From contig JAMPGY010000005.1 in the NCBI GenBank assembly GCA_023663705.1, forward strand, positions 1-64,000: DNA of 64,000 nucleotides. The letters are read 5' to 3'. A program made the translations under genes and the position numbers. Positions 1 through 9,528 of this stretch are shown here, in pieces; positions within the stretch are counted from its first letter, which is position 1; every line of letters begins with the position of its first letter. This DNA is from Clostridium sp. GTDB lineage: Bacteria > Bacteroidota > Bacteroidia > Bacteroidales > Bacteroidaceae. The notes under the pieces were generated by a model, which saw nothing but the letters and a program-made list of their open reading frames with translations, did not search any database and had not been told where the DNA came from.

Positions 1-156
1 CGGGAAGGCTGAACGGACTATCTTGCGCATTGAGTCAGAGAGGTCAAGGGTGACTATTTCATATAGATAAGTACACTTTACTTTTTGTTTGCCATAGTAT
101 ACCCTATTATCCGCCCAACAGTTCCTCCGTCCGGCCTCCAAGCCGCACAAAGCCTC

Positions 157-200
157 CCCTAAAAAAGCGATGGCTCCACCCAGCGGCAGAGCCATCGCAT
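157..200 (-). terminator. Rho-independent terminator-like hairpin (GCGATGGCTC...GAGCCATCGC) followed by T-run on minus strand
   Basis: 10-bp perfect stem visible in sequence; on minus strand it is followed by TTTTTT; lies downstream of minus-strand genes ending at 413/224. Confidence 0.4.
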
Positions 201-223
201 GGCTATATATTCATCCCGACCGG

Positions 224-400
224 CTAATCCGTCCAGATGTCCCACTCGCCGGTGGAATTAAACTCACCTCCGTAGCCCTCGTCACCGGGCTGGATGCCCG
301 TGTTTCCACCCCCCGGCGTCAACACCGATGAGGCCAACATGTTTTCTACCACCACTTTTGTCACCTCACATGCAGGTGCCTCATATATTGTCTTTTTCAT
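224..400 (-). CDS. Small hypothetical protein (58 aa), Gly-rich C-terminal half (MKKTIYEAPACEVTKVVVENMLASSVLTPGGGNTGIQPGDEGYGGEFNSTGEWDIWTD)
   Basis: ATG (rc of cat 398-400) to TAG (rc of cta 224-226) read by eye; below the 60-aa ORF-track cutoff; sits between T9SS cargo gene stop (413) and the terminator hairpin. Confidence 0.3.
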   Translation of the reverse strand: MKKTIYEAPACEVTKVVVENMLASSVLTPGGGNTGIQPGDEGYGGEFNSTGEWDIWTD

Positions 401-412
401 AACTTTCCGTTT

Positions 413-2746
413 TTACTTGATTACCTGCTTTTTGCCATTCACAATATAGATACCCTTCTGCAGACCCTCGAGGCTCTTTGCCCCACCGCACAGCTGCACA
501 CCGGAGAGCGTGTACACCTCCATCGTCCGATTGGCCACACCGGCCACCGGAGCGATACCCGTGGCATCACCATCCAGGAAGTTGAGCGCTATCGACTGCA
601 CATCCGCACGTGTGGTGGTGAAGTAAGCCCGCGTGCCATGCAATGTGGAACTCGCAGCCCCCTTAGTCACCTTGTCCACCCCGTCGAGGGTGGCCACACC
701 ATATTTGCCGACCATATCTACCGTAGCCTCATACGTTCCGCTGAAGGTGAAGTCACCCTGAGCCACGCTTCCGGCACCACCGGCCACAAGCGTCACACCC
801 TTAAACTCCTTCCCGGCCGCAACCGCCTCCGGGCAATAGATGAGATAAGGCGTGTTGGCCTCCATCGCCTCCACCGGAGCGAAGTTGAGCCCGGCCTCAT
901 CACAGCTGACGAAAGCCTGCGCCACGGCACCTTCGCAAATCTCCTCTGCACGAACGGCAAACGGCAGACACACCGTGTTCCATCCGGCCTTGAAATCGCG
1001 ATCCAATGTCACATTGAACACACCGGTCAAATCGGCTGTATACCCGTTCTGCGACACTTCGGCCAATGCCGTAAGCACCACCTCCACAGCGGCACGTCCG
1101 TCGGTTTTGAAGTCCACGGTGATTTCAAAGTCAGTGTATCCCTCTTTCTGGACACCCACACTGAAGTCATCGGCACCCGCACCGTGCACCGTCACCACGG
1201 CCTGTCCGTCTTCATCAGTAGCCACCTCCGAGCCGGCCACTGTCACCACCGCCTGCGGCAGCGCGTTGCCATTGGCGTCCGTGACTGTTACGGTCAACTG
1301 TCCGGGCAATTCAATCTTGAACTTTCCGTTCGTGTTTCCATACCAGCCGTCGCCGGCTTCCCATTGGGCTGCGATAGTGAAGAGCAGACCACGCGTGGGG
1401 AATGTTATCGTATTGTCGGCCAGCGTTCCATTCTGCAATGACGAGAATATCCAGTCGCCATCCTCGTCGTCCCACTGGATGCCCAGCGGGCTGTCCTCTA
1501 TCACCACCCGGGAAGGAGTGGTAGCGTCAATAGTAACATAATGAGAGTGATCTTCATGCAATTCGTCCTCTTCGTCATAGAAGATGGAGTTTTCGCCATA
1601 CAAATCCACCAGGCGATAAAGCCCCGGTGTGGCCTTGCTCTCCTGTACTTCCACACCCCACTGGCTTCCGGCATATTGAGTCAGACTACCATAGGCTCCA
1701 TAAATAATGTCATCGCTATACAGCGCCAAACCGCGCGATGTCCAATTGTCGTTCGAATATTCCTGCACAAAGAACCATTTCGTGGCGCCCTCTACCACAG
1801 CTCCATCGGCATCCACCGTCACCACGAACAGAGTATACACACCATAGTTGGAAGATACGCTCAGGTTGAAGTTATACTGGCCAGACTTTATGTCATCTCC
1901 GCTGCTTGCCACAAAACTATAATTGGATGAACTGCCAGGATATGCGCCTCTAATCAGGTAATACTTCGCGCCTGCTGCATCCGCACCGACATTCACACCG
2001 AACGGGATGACATTGTTGACAAAGCAAGATTTTTCCATCGTTATCCCTGCGGAAAAGTCTCCATCGGGCACCTTTGTCCAAGCCATATTTCCGCCCAACC
2101 AGAACCAGCCGACACCAACAGCACCCACGCCCACCAGAATGTTTGAACTGAATGCGAAACCGCTTCCATCCCACGTGGCCGTGAAAGGCGTGGCGAGGAC
2201 AGCCCCGGAGGTGGTCCACGAAGTAAACTGCACATAAGTGCCGGCCTGATACAGATAGAGATTTGTGGGCTGGAAGGTGAGCGTACCCGCAGCCGCATCA
2301 TACTCGGCCGTCACGGTATAATCTTCCTGCAGACCGGAGACGGTCACCTGCATGTCGGACGACTTCTCAAACGTCAACTTAGTGCCCGACTTATCGTTGC
2401 CGTTCAATGCATTCTGATACGTCATCGTGTACTGACCCACGAGTTCGTCTATCGTCGGAAAAGTCGTACTGACATCCCGAAGCTGAGCAGGACGGGTCCG
2501 GACACCGGATTGGGTTTGGATTCCCTCCTTCAAGCCCGACTGCATTTGCCACGAGGCTTCCGCCTTCTCAAGCGTATGCTTCGCCTGAACAGTGCCGGCC
2601 AACGACCTGCCCTGATGCTTTGAAACCGACAACGCGGAAGCTGCGCCTTCACGCTCCCCCCGTTCCTGAGAAACTCTCACATGCTGTGCAAACGTCACTC
2701 CCGTCACCAACAGGGTGAACAACGCTGAAACAACAATCTTTTTCAT
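413..2746 (-). CDS. Secreted protein with N-terminal signal peptide and T9SS C-terminal sorting domain (type IX secretion cargo); function unknown, Ig-like/beta-rich
   Basis: 777-aa ORF; N-term MKKIVVSALFTLLVTGVTFA signal peptide; C-term ...LQKGIYIVNGKKQVIK typical of Por/T9SS CTD. Confidence 0.75.
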   Translation of the reverse strand: MKKIVVSALFTLLVTGVTFAQHVRVSQERGEREGAASALSVSKHQGRSLAGTVQAKHTLEKAEASWQMQSGLKEGIQTQSGVRTRPAQLRDVSTTFPTIDELVGQYTMTYQNALNGNDKSGTKLTFEKSSDMQVTVSGLQEDYTVTAEYDAAAGTLTFQPTNLYLYQAGTYVQFTSWTTSGAVLATPFTATWDGSGFAFSSNILVGVGAVGVGWFWLGGNMAWTKVPDGDFSAGITMEKSCFVNNVIPFGVNVGADAAGAKYYLIRGAYPGSSSNYSFVASSGDDIKSGQYNFNLSVSSNYGVYTLFVVTVDADGAVVEGATKWFFVQEYSNDNWTSRGLALYSDDIIYGAYGSLTQYAGSQWGVEVQESKATPGLYRLVDLYGENSIFYDEEDELHEDHSHYVTIDATTPSRVVIEDSPLGIQWDDEDGDWIFSSLQNGTLADNTITFPTRGLLFTIAAQWEAGDGWYGNTNGKFKIELPGQLTVTVTDANGNALPQAVVTVAGSEVATDEDGQAVVTVHGAGADDFSVGVQKEGYTDFEITVDFKTDGRAAVEVVLTALAEVSQNGYTADLTGVFNVTLDRDFKAGWNTVCLPFAVRAEEICEGAVAQAFVSCDEAGLNFAPVEAMEANTPYLIYCPEAVAAGKEFKGVTLVAGGAGSVAQGDFTFSGTYEATVDMVGKYGVATLDGVDKVTKGAASSTLHGTRAYFTTTRADVQSIALNFLDGDATGIAPVAGVANRTMEVYTLSGVQLCGGAKSLEGLQKGIYIVNGKKQVIK

Positions 2747-2774
2747 AAAATACCATTTTTACAGTTGTACACCG

Positions 2775-2782
2775 CAAAGATA
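2775..2782 (-). promoter_or_regulatory. Bacteroidetes -7 promoter box (TAtcTTTG on minus strand) for T9SS cargo gene
   Basis: Plus-strand CAAAGATA about 30 nt upstream of start codon at 2746. Confidence 0.4.
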
Positions 2783-2951
2783 ATACTTTTTGTTTTTAAA
2801 CAATAAAAAATACAAAATTATTGTTGTCACAAATACAATACCACTGACAAAACCAATCTCCACACATTATAATATGAGGCACTCTGGCAATATTATGCGC
2901 CCATTCAGTGCCCTGCAAGTCCGAAATGGCAGCAAACACCTGCCATTATTC

Positions 2952-3489
2952 TTTGTGCAGGAAAAAACTTCAATGGTTCATACTGTCTGTATTTCAGGGA
3001 GAAAAGGTTCACTTTTCCTTCACTAAAGGTTCACTGATGATTCACCTGTCCTTTATCGTGGGAACATTGGAGTGCTTCCACCCAGCCCCTCCCGTAGGCC
3101 TATGCAAAGTTATCCCGTAGGCAAGCGGGAGGGGTAAGCCATAGACCTACGGGACAACATACCGTAGGTAAGCGGGGCAACAAGCCTCTTGCCTATGGCT
3201 TACTCACAGAACTTTCAGGCTACCCACTCCCTCCGACTATTCCTTACCGAAAAGTCTGCCATGCAACCAATAGACCTTTTCCCTTTGACACACAGTGAGA
3301 AAAGGTTCATTCAAAGAAACTCTTTCTAAATATAATCCAGTGGAAAGCCAAACCTTTTCCACTGGATTGTCAGTCACAAAAAGTTCACTTTTGCACACTG
3401 GGCCATCAGTGCCCTTAGTGAAGGAAAAGTGAACCTTTTCTCCCTGAAATACAGACAGTATGAACCATTGAAGTTTTTTCCTGCACAAA
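2952..3489. repeat. 538-bp element bounded by 88-bp near-perfect inverted repeats (2952-3040 and 3403-3489); MITE-like or invertible-segment-like
   Basis: ORF-track proteins 2908..3120(+) and 3237..3488(-) both contain CRKKLQWFILSVFQGEKVHFSFTKG, i.e. mirror translations; direct comparison of the two arms shows about 85/88 identity; internal nested dyads (CCGTAGG motifs, GTAAGCCATAG/CTATGGCTTAC). Confidence 0.6.
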
Positions 3490-3829
3490 CAAAAAGAGGG
3501 AGGGGCAGACTGTTCCTTCCAGTTCTATCCGACATACGCCTCCGCCCAGTTTGCCACCTCATCCCCCGAACCACAACCACTGCATCCGCCATACTCTGCC
3601 GCACGCGTACGTAAAGTGCTGCTCCATGCGTATATAGTCTCACTACGTATGTGTGTATAGTGGAACTATATACGCATGCGGCAAAAGCCCCGACACACGC
3701 GCTGTATCTTTCCCGATTGCATGAGTCACCCCGACTCCGAAATACGGATGAATCAGACGGACACCCACGACAAGAAAAAGCCCGGCACCACACGGAGCCG
3801 AGCTTTTCCCTATCCTAATACGGGCGGAT

Positions 3830-5209
3830 TTATTTCTCTTCCACCACTTCTTCGGCCTCCACCGCCTCAGTCTTCTTCTTGGCCAAATACTCGGGCAGAT
3901 TCAAGCCGGCCATGTCAAACAGTTCGTTCAAGGGGGGCACACTTTTCATCAGGCCAGACACGAAATTGGCCGTGGAACCCTTGCCGTTGGCACCTTCGGC
4001 ACCGCTGTCCCAAACCGTAACGTGGTCGATATTGATGCCTTTGACAGCCTCGACCTGAGTCTTAACCAGCTCTGGCAACTTTTCAAGCAACAACAGCATA
4101 TAGGCCTTGTTGGCATCGCCTCCAGCAGCCTCCACCATTTTGTCGTAACCGGCAGCCTGCTTCGTGAGCACTTCAAACAAACCCTTTGCCTCGGCTTCCA
4201 TCTTGGCATAAATGGCATCGGCCTCACCCTTGGCGTTCACGCGCAGTTTTTCGGCTTCGGCTTCCGCTTCGATAATGCGGCGCTGCTTCTCGATTTCCTG
4301 AGGCACGATGACGTTGGCATACTCTGTTGACCGCTCGCGCTCGGCACGGGCCAACTCAGCCTCACGCTCAGCGGCATAAGCATCCGCCATGGCCTTGGCC
4401 TGCTGCACCTTCTCGGCCGACACAGCCACTCGCTGAGCCTCGGCCTCTTTCTCACGGCGGAAGGCCTCGGAATTGGCAATAGCCACCTTGGCTTCGTTCT
4501 CACCTTTCACGGCCACAGCATTAGCCTCAGACGTGCGGATACGCGTTTCCTTCATAGCCTCAGCCTTACCGATCTCACCATTCTTCTCCTGTTCGGCCAC
4601 ACTCACCTTAGCTTCATTGATAGCCTTGGCAGCAGCTTCTTTACCGAGAGCCTCGATATATCCGCTCTCATCGGTGATATCGGTCACATTGACGTTGATC
4701 AGACGCAAACCGACCTTCTTCAATTCCACCTCCACATTTTTGGAGATATTATCGAGAAATTTATCGCGATCACTATTGATTTCCTCAATGCTCATGGTGG
4801 CAATCACCAGACGCAGCTGGCCGAACAAAATATCACGGGCGAGATCCTGAATCTGACCGGCCGTCTGTCCAAGCAAACGCTCGGCAGCCGTTGTCATGCT
4901 TTCGGGATCTGTGGAAATAGCCACCGTGAACCGGCAGGGCACATCCACACGGATGTTCTGTTTACTCAGCGCATTGGTAAGGTTGGCATCAATGCTGATG
5001 GGGGTCAGGCTCAAATAGGCATAATCCTGAATCACAGGCCATACGAATTTACCACCACCGTGAACACACTTGGCCGAACCCTTGTTCATCGTGCTACCAT
5101 AAATCACCAGAATTTTGTCCGAAGGACAACGACGATAACGGTTTGCCACCATCAGCAAAACGACCACCACGATCACAACCATCACCGCCGGGATTGTTAA
5201 CATTTCCAT
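3830..5209 (-). CDS. Flotillin-like SPFH/band-7 family protein (YqiK-type)
   Basis: 459 aa; N-terminal TM helix, SPFH region, long Ala/Glu/Lys-rich coiled-coil (AEAEAEK...), typical flotillin architecture. Confidence 0.85.
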   Translation of the reverse strand: MEMLTIPAVMVVIVVVVLLMVANRYRRCPSDKILVIYGSTMNKGSAKCVHGGGKFVWPVIQDYAYLSLTPISIDANLTNALSKQNIRVDVPCRFTVAISTDPESMTTAAERLLGQTAGQIQDLARDILFGQLRLVIATMSIEEINSDRDKFLDNISKNVEVELKKVGLRLINVNVTDITDESGYIEALGKEAAAKAINEAKVSVAEQEKNGEIGKAEAMKETRIRTSEANAVAVKGENEAKVAIANSEAFRREKEAEAQRVAVSAEKVQQAKAMADAYAAEREAELARAERERSTEYANVIVPQEIEKQRRIIEAEAEAEKLRVNAKGEADAIYAKMEAEAKGLFEVLTKQAAGYDKMVEAAGGDANKAYMLLLLEKLPELVKTQVEAVKGINIDHVTVWDSGAEGANGKGSTANFVSGLMKSVPPLNELFDMAGLNLPEYLAKKKTEAVEAEEVVEEK

Positions 5210-5264
5210 ACTACATTATTTTATAAAATGAATAATAATTCTCACTTCTACCATCACCAATCAT

Positions 5265-5837
5265 TCAGACAGACTCCACCATCAGCGTGTCATTGTCGAG
5301 TAAACCACACACGCGCACCTTGCATCCGGTAACTAGACGAGCGCCTTCGGTCTGTGCGGCAAACTCGAGCACCGAACCGTTCAGACTGAGCTGCACTTTG
5401 CCGTTTCCGCTTTTTTCGCCGGGTATCGGCACATACACATCAGCCACTTTGCCCACACAGTCCGAAGGGTTATAATTTCCCTCGTGCTCCAGTTTGAGCA
5501 CCTGTTTCAAAGCAAAGAAAAATAACAGCATACATACGAATCCCACCAAAACGGCCAGCAAACCCAGCCACACCTTGTTCGGAACAAGATGCCAGAAACT
5601 GACTCCGGCCCAGCCCAATCCCAAGAAGAAAGTGATAAGACTCTTTATGGATACCAACGAAAATCCGGTGTCCGTATCGGACATGTCCAGATCAATATCC
5701 ACATCCGAAAAATCCATACCCGTTATCATCAACACCATCTGTACGAGAAAAAGCACCGAGCTGATTATCGCACATGCCCAATAGAACTGGAGCATAGTCT
5801 CCAGACCACCATACCAAGTCATGAATGTCTCTACCAT
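5265..5837 (-). CDS. NfeD-family membrane protein (YqiJ-like) partner of flotillin
   Basis: 190 aa; multiple TM helices plus C-terminal OB-fold-like soluble tail; immediately upstream of flotillin gene in same orientation (classic nfeD-SPFH operon). Confidence 0.75.
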   Translation of the reverse strand: MVETFMTWYGGLETMLQFYWACAIISSVLFLVQMVLMITGMDFSDVDIDLDMSDTDTGFSLVSIKSLITFFLGLGWAGVSFWHLVPNKVWLGLLAVLVGFVCMLLFFFALKQVLKLEHEGNYNPSDCVGKVADVYVPIPGEKSGNGKVQLSLNGSVLEFAAQTEGARLVTGCKVRVCGLLDNDTLMVESV

Positions 5838-5988
5838 AGTTTTGTATTTACGTCTTCACAAATGTAAGAAAAATAAACAACACCACATCACCGTCCCGCT
5901 TTTTTAATAAAATTTATACATCTCTACAAATGGTAAACTGCATATTCTTGATACTATTTACTATCGGAAGTATTTCTTTTTCGTATTT

Positions 5989-6591
5989 TTGAACTCCAAA
6001 ACCATCAGCAACAAAAACATGAACAACAAACATCCTTTTGAATCTTTCCTTTTCTGCCCACGATGCGGATCAAATCGGTTTGTCGTCCACAACGAGAAAT
6101 CCAAACACTGCGAACAATGTCATTTCACCTACTATTTCAATCCAAGCGCCGCCACCGTAGCCCTCATAACCAACCGACAAGGTGAACTCCTCGTGTGTCG
6201 GAGAGCAAAAGAGCCGGCCATGGGTACCCTTGACCTGCCCGGAGGATTCTGCGATTGCTTTGAAAGTGGAGAACAGGGTGTCATCAGAGAGGTGAAAGAA
6301 GAAACCGGGTTGACGGTCAGCCGAACGGATTTTTTATTTTCATTACCAAACACCTATCTTTACTCCGACTTTCTGGTCCACACGGTCGACCTCTTTTTCC
6401 GTTGCCATGTAGATGACACCTCTCCTCTTTCCGCCATGGACGATGCAGCAGATGTCTTCTGGATTCCGTTTGCCCAGGTCAATCCTGACCTGTTCGGTTT
6501 GGACTCCATCCGCATGGGGCTGAAACGATTCATGAAGACCGTCAACGATCAGCCACAGAATAAGCATTCCAAAAAAATTGCTAATATATAA
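5989..6591 (+). CDS. NUDIX hydrolase with N-terminal zinc-ribbon (NudC-like)
   Basis: CPRCG...CEQCH zinc ribbon followed by Nudix box REVKEETGL; start may be the internal Met at 6019. Confidence 0.7.
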   Translation: MNSKTISNKNMNNKHPFESFLFCPRCGSNRFVVHNEKSKHCEQCHFTYYFNPSAATVALITNRQGELLVCRRAKEPAMGTLDLPGGFCDCFESGEQGVIREVKEETGLTVSRTDFLFSLPNTYLYSDFLVHTVDLFFRCHVDDTSPLSAMDDAADVFWIPFAQVNPDLFGLDSIRMGLKRFMKTVNDQPQNKHSKKIANI

Positions 6592-6612
6592 GGTGTGCAA
6601 CGTTTTTTTGCC

Positions 6613-6620
6613 TACTTTTG
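6613..6620 (+). promoter_or_regulatory. -7 promoter box TACTTTTG upstream of topA
   Basis: Matches Bacteroides TAnnTTTG consensus; overlaps the ORF-track ATG at 6618, arguing the real topA start is 6651. Confidence 0.4.
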
Positions 6621-6650
6621 CGACCGAATATATTAAAGCCATTAAAAACG

Positions 6651-8999
6651 ATGCAAAGGAACCTTGTTATTGTAGAGTCTCCCGCGAAAGCCAAAACCAT
6701 TGAAAAGTTTCTGGGTAGCGACTACAAAGTATTGTCAAGCTACGGACACATCCGCGATCTGAAAAAGAAAGAGTTCAGTATCGACACCGATACATTCATT
6801 CCACAATATGAAATTCCCTCGGAAAAGAGCAAGCTGGTAAACGACCTTAAAGCACAAGCCGATAAGGCCGAAACGGTTTGGTTGGCATCCGATGAAGACC
6901 GCGAGGGAGAAGCCATATCCTGGCACCTGTATGAAGTTCTGGGACTGAATGCCGAAAAAACCAAACGCATCGTTTTCCACGAAATCACCAAACCCGCCAT
7001 TCTGGCTGCCATTGAAAACCCCAGAACCATAGACCTGAACTTGGTGAATGCGCAACAGGCACGCCGCGTTCTCGACCGCATCGTGGGCTTCAAACTGTCA
7101 CCCGTACTGTGGAAGAAAGTAAAACCGGCATTATCCGCCGGCCGTGTTCAGAGTGTCGCCGTACGTCTGATTGTGGAACGCGAGCGTGAAATTCAGCAAT
7201 TCAAAAGCGAGGAAAGTTACCGCATCACCGGAACATTTCAGGTAAGCCAGAACGGTAACAACAATGCGGAATTGAAAGCTGAGCTTAACCAGCGGTTCAA
7301 GACCAAAGAAGAGGCCAAGGCTTTCCTGGACAAATGCCGCACAGCAACATACCGGATCGACGATATATCCACCCGACCGCAGAAACGCACTCCGGCCGCT
7401 CCGTTCACCACATCCACATTGCAACAGGAAGCCGCACACAAGTTGGGCTTTACCGTAGCACAGACGATGATGATCGCACAGAAACTCTACGAATCGGGAC
7501 GCATCACCTATATGCGTACCGACTCTGTCAACCTGTCCACACTCTGCATCGGCGCCTGCACCCAAGTCATCTCCACCGGTATGGGCGAAAAATATGTAAA
7601 GAGCAGACAATACCAAACAAAATCAAAAGGCGCACAGGAAGCACACGAAGCAATCCGACCGACCGACATGAATCAAAATGAGATTGAAGGCACACCGCAG
7701 GAGCGTCGGCTCTACGACCTGATATGGAAGCGCACCATTGCATCGCAAATGGCTGATGCGGAATTGGAAAAAACCACCGCCTCCATACAAATCAGCGGAG
7801 AAGACGCACAATTTGTGGCCACCGGAGAAGTCATCAAGTTTGACGGTTTCCTAAAAGTATATCGCGAAACCCACGAAGAGGATAGTGAGCAGGAGGACGA
7901 AAGACGTCTGCTTCCCCCGCTCTCCAAAGGACAGGAACTGGCAAGCAAAGAGATACTGGCACAGCAACGCTTCACGCAACGTCCCCCGCGTTACAACGAA
8001 GCCAGCCTGGTGCGCAAACTGGAGGAATTGGGTATCGGACGCCCGTCTACCTACGCTCCGACCATCAGCACTATCCAGCAACGGGAATATGTGGCTAAAG
8101 GAGACAAAACCGGCGACGAGCGTGAACTGACCACCCTCATACTCAAAGATGACAAAATCACGGAACAAATCAAGACCAGCTATATCGGTGCAGAACGCGG
8201 GAAACTGATTCCCACAGATATAGGCATTGTAGTCAACGATTTTCTGTTGCAGTATTTCCCGGAGATCATGGACTACAACTTCACGGCTGAAGTGGAGAAA
8301 AAATTTGATGATGTGGCCGAAGGAAAAGCCGAATGGACTCACGTAATGAAGGATTTCTACACCGGATTCGATCCTTTGGTGGAAAACACGTTGAAAGTGA
8401 AATCCGAGCATAAAGTCGGTGAACGTCAATTGGGCAAAGATCCAGCTACGGGCAAACCTGTGTTTGTGAAAATCGGCCGATTCGGCCCGGTGGTGCAAAT
8501 CGGTTCGGCTGATGATTCCGAGAAACCACGCTTTGCCCAAATGAAAAAAGAACAAAGCATCGAGACCATCACCTTGGAAGAAGCGCTCGACCTGTTCAAG
8601 TTGCCCCGCACATTGGGCGACTTTGAGGAGAATCCCGTCACCGTGGGTAGCGGACGTTTCGGCCCATATATCCAGCACAACAAAAAATATGTGTCCATTC
8701 CCTCCGATAAGAATCCGATGTCTATCACATTGGACGAAGCCATCGCACTGATTCAGGAAAAACGCCAAGCCGAAGTGAAACGTCACTTGAAAACATTTGA
8801 GGAAGAGCCTGAATTAGAGGTCCTGAACGGCCGCTATGGTCCCTACCTGTGTTACAAAGGCACCAACTATCGTCTGCCCAAGACATTGGCAGAACGGGCA
8901 CAGGACTTGTTGCTGGAAGAGTGCATGGCGGTCATCAAGGAACAGGATGACAAACCGGCCAAACCCGGCCGGGGACGAAAATCAACCGCAAAAAAATGA
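6651..8999 (+). CDS. topA: DNA topoisomerase I
   Basis: N-term MQRNLVIVESPAKAKTIEKFLG (Toprim), catalytic Tyr region, C-terminal Zn-ribbon-like repeats; ORF track starts at 6618 but promoter position favours 6651. Confidence 0.93.
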   Translation: MQRNLVIVESPAKAKTIEKFLGSDYKVLSSYGHIRDLKKKEFSIDTDTFIPQYEIPSEKSKLVNDLKAQADKAETVWLASDEDREGEAISWHLYEVLGLNAEKTKRIVFHEITKPAILAAIENPRTIDLNLVNAQQARRVLDRIVGFKLSPVLWKKVKPALSAGRVQSVAVRLIVEREREIQQFKSEESYRITGTFQVSQNGNNNAELKAELNQRFKTKEEAKAFLDKCRTATYRIDDISTRPQKRTPAAPFTTSTLQQEAAHKLGFTVAQTMMIAQKLYESGRITYMRTDSVNLSTLCIGACTQVISTGMGEKYVKSRQYQTKSKGAQEAHEAIRPTDMNQNEIEGTPQERRLYDLIWKRTIASQMADAELEKTTASIQISGEDAQFVATGEVIKFDGFLKVYRETHEEDSEQEDERRLLPPLSKGQELASKEILAQQRFTQRPPRYNEASLVRKLEELGIGRPSTYAPTISTIQQREYVAKGDKTGDERELTTLILKDDKITEQIKTSYIGAERGKLIPTDIGIVVNDFLLQYFPEIMDYNFTAEVEKKFDDVAEGKAEWTHVMKDFYTGFDPLVENTLKVKSEHKVGERQLGKDPATGKPVFVKIGRFGPVVQIGSADDSEKPRFAQMKKEQSIETITLEEALDLFKLPRTLGDFEENPVTVGSGRFGPYIQHNKKYVSIPSDKNPMSITLDEAIALIQEKRQAEVKRHLKTFEEEPELEVLNGRYGPYLCYKGTNYRLPKTLAERAQDLLLEECMAVIKEQDDKPAKPGRGRKSTAKK

Positions 9000-9523
9000 T
9001 ACGCATCGCACTGATCGGCTACATGGGAGCCGGCAAGACCACCATAGGCAGAATATTAGCCAAAGAGCTGGATGTGCCGTTCTACGATCTGGACTGGTAT
9101 ATCGAGGAACGCTTTCACAAGACCGTTGCCCAGATATTTGCGGAAAAGGGAGAAGACGGCTTTCGCCAAATGGAACAACAAATGCTGCATGAGGTGGCCG
9201 AATTTGAGAACATCGTCCTTTCCTGTGGTGGAGGAACACCCTGCTTCTTCGACAACATGGACTACCTCAACCAACAGGCCGACACAGTGTATCTGAAGGC
9301 ATCACCCGAAATCCTGTTTCAGCACCTCAAAATGGGAAAAAGCGAACGCCCATTGCTGAAAAACAAAACCGAAGAGGAAATGATCCGCTTTATCCGGGAA
9401 TCACTGACGGAACGGGAAGCGTTTTACAGCCGTGCACGGCATATCCTTGACATCAACCTGCTGAAAGATCAGACTAAAATAAAAGAAACAGTATATCAGC
9501 TTCGTAAAACAATAAACATCTGA
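8996..9523 (+). CDS. aroK: Shikimate kinase
   Basis: Walker A GYMGAGKTT, 175 aa, ATGA overlap with topA stop. Confidence 0.88.
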   Translation: MIRIALIGYMGAGKTTIGRILAKELDVPFYDLDWYIEERFHKTVAQIFAEKGEDGFRQMEQQMLHEVAEFENIVLSCGGGTPCFFDNMDYLNQQADTVYLKASPEILFQHLKMGKSERPLLKNKTEEEMIRFIRESLTEREAFYSRARHILDINLLKDQTKIKETVYQLRKTINI

Positions 9524-9528
9524 CGCGA

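Noticed and set aside
638-2301. Several plus- and minus-strand ORFs (267, 229, 129, 89, 86 aa) inside the T9SS cargo gene
   Set aside because: All overlap the 777-aa minus-strand CDS, which has coherent signal peptide and CTD. These are antisense or alternate-frame reads in GC-rich coding DNA.
2908-3488. ORF-track proteins 2908..3120(+) and 3237..3488(-) sharing an identical 25-aa segment
   Set aside because: They are mirror-image translations of the 88-bp inverted repeat arms, not paralogous genes. No start/promoter context and low-complexity content.
7851-8786. 311-aa antisense ORF within topA, and a similar 306-aa ORF within speA (10300-11220)
   Set aside because: They overlap high-confidence housekeeping genes on the opposite strand and have no motifs.
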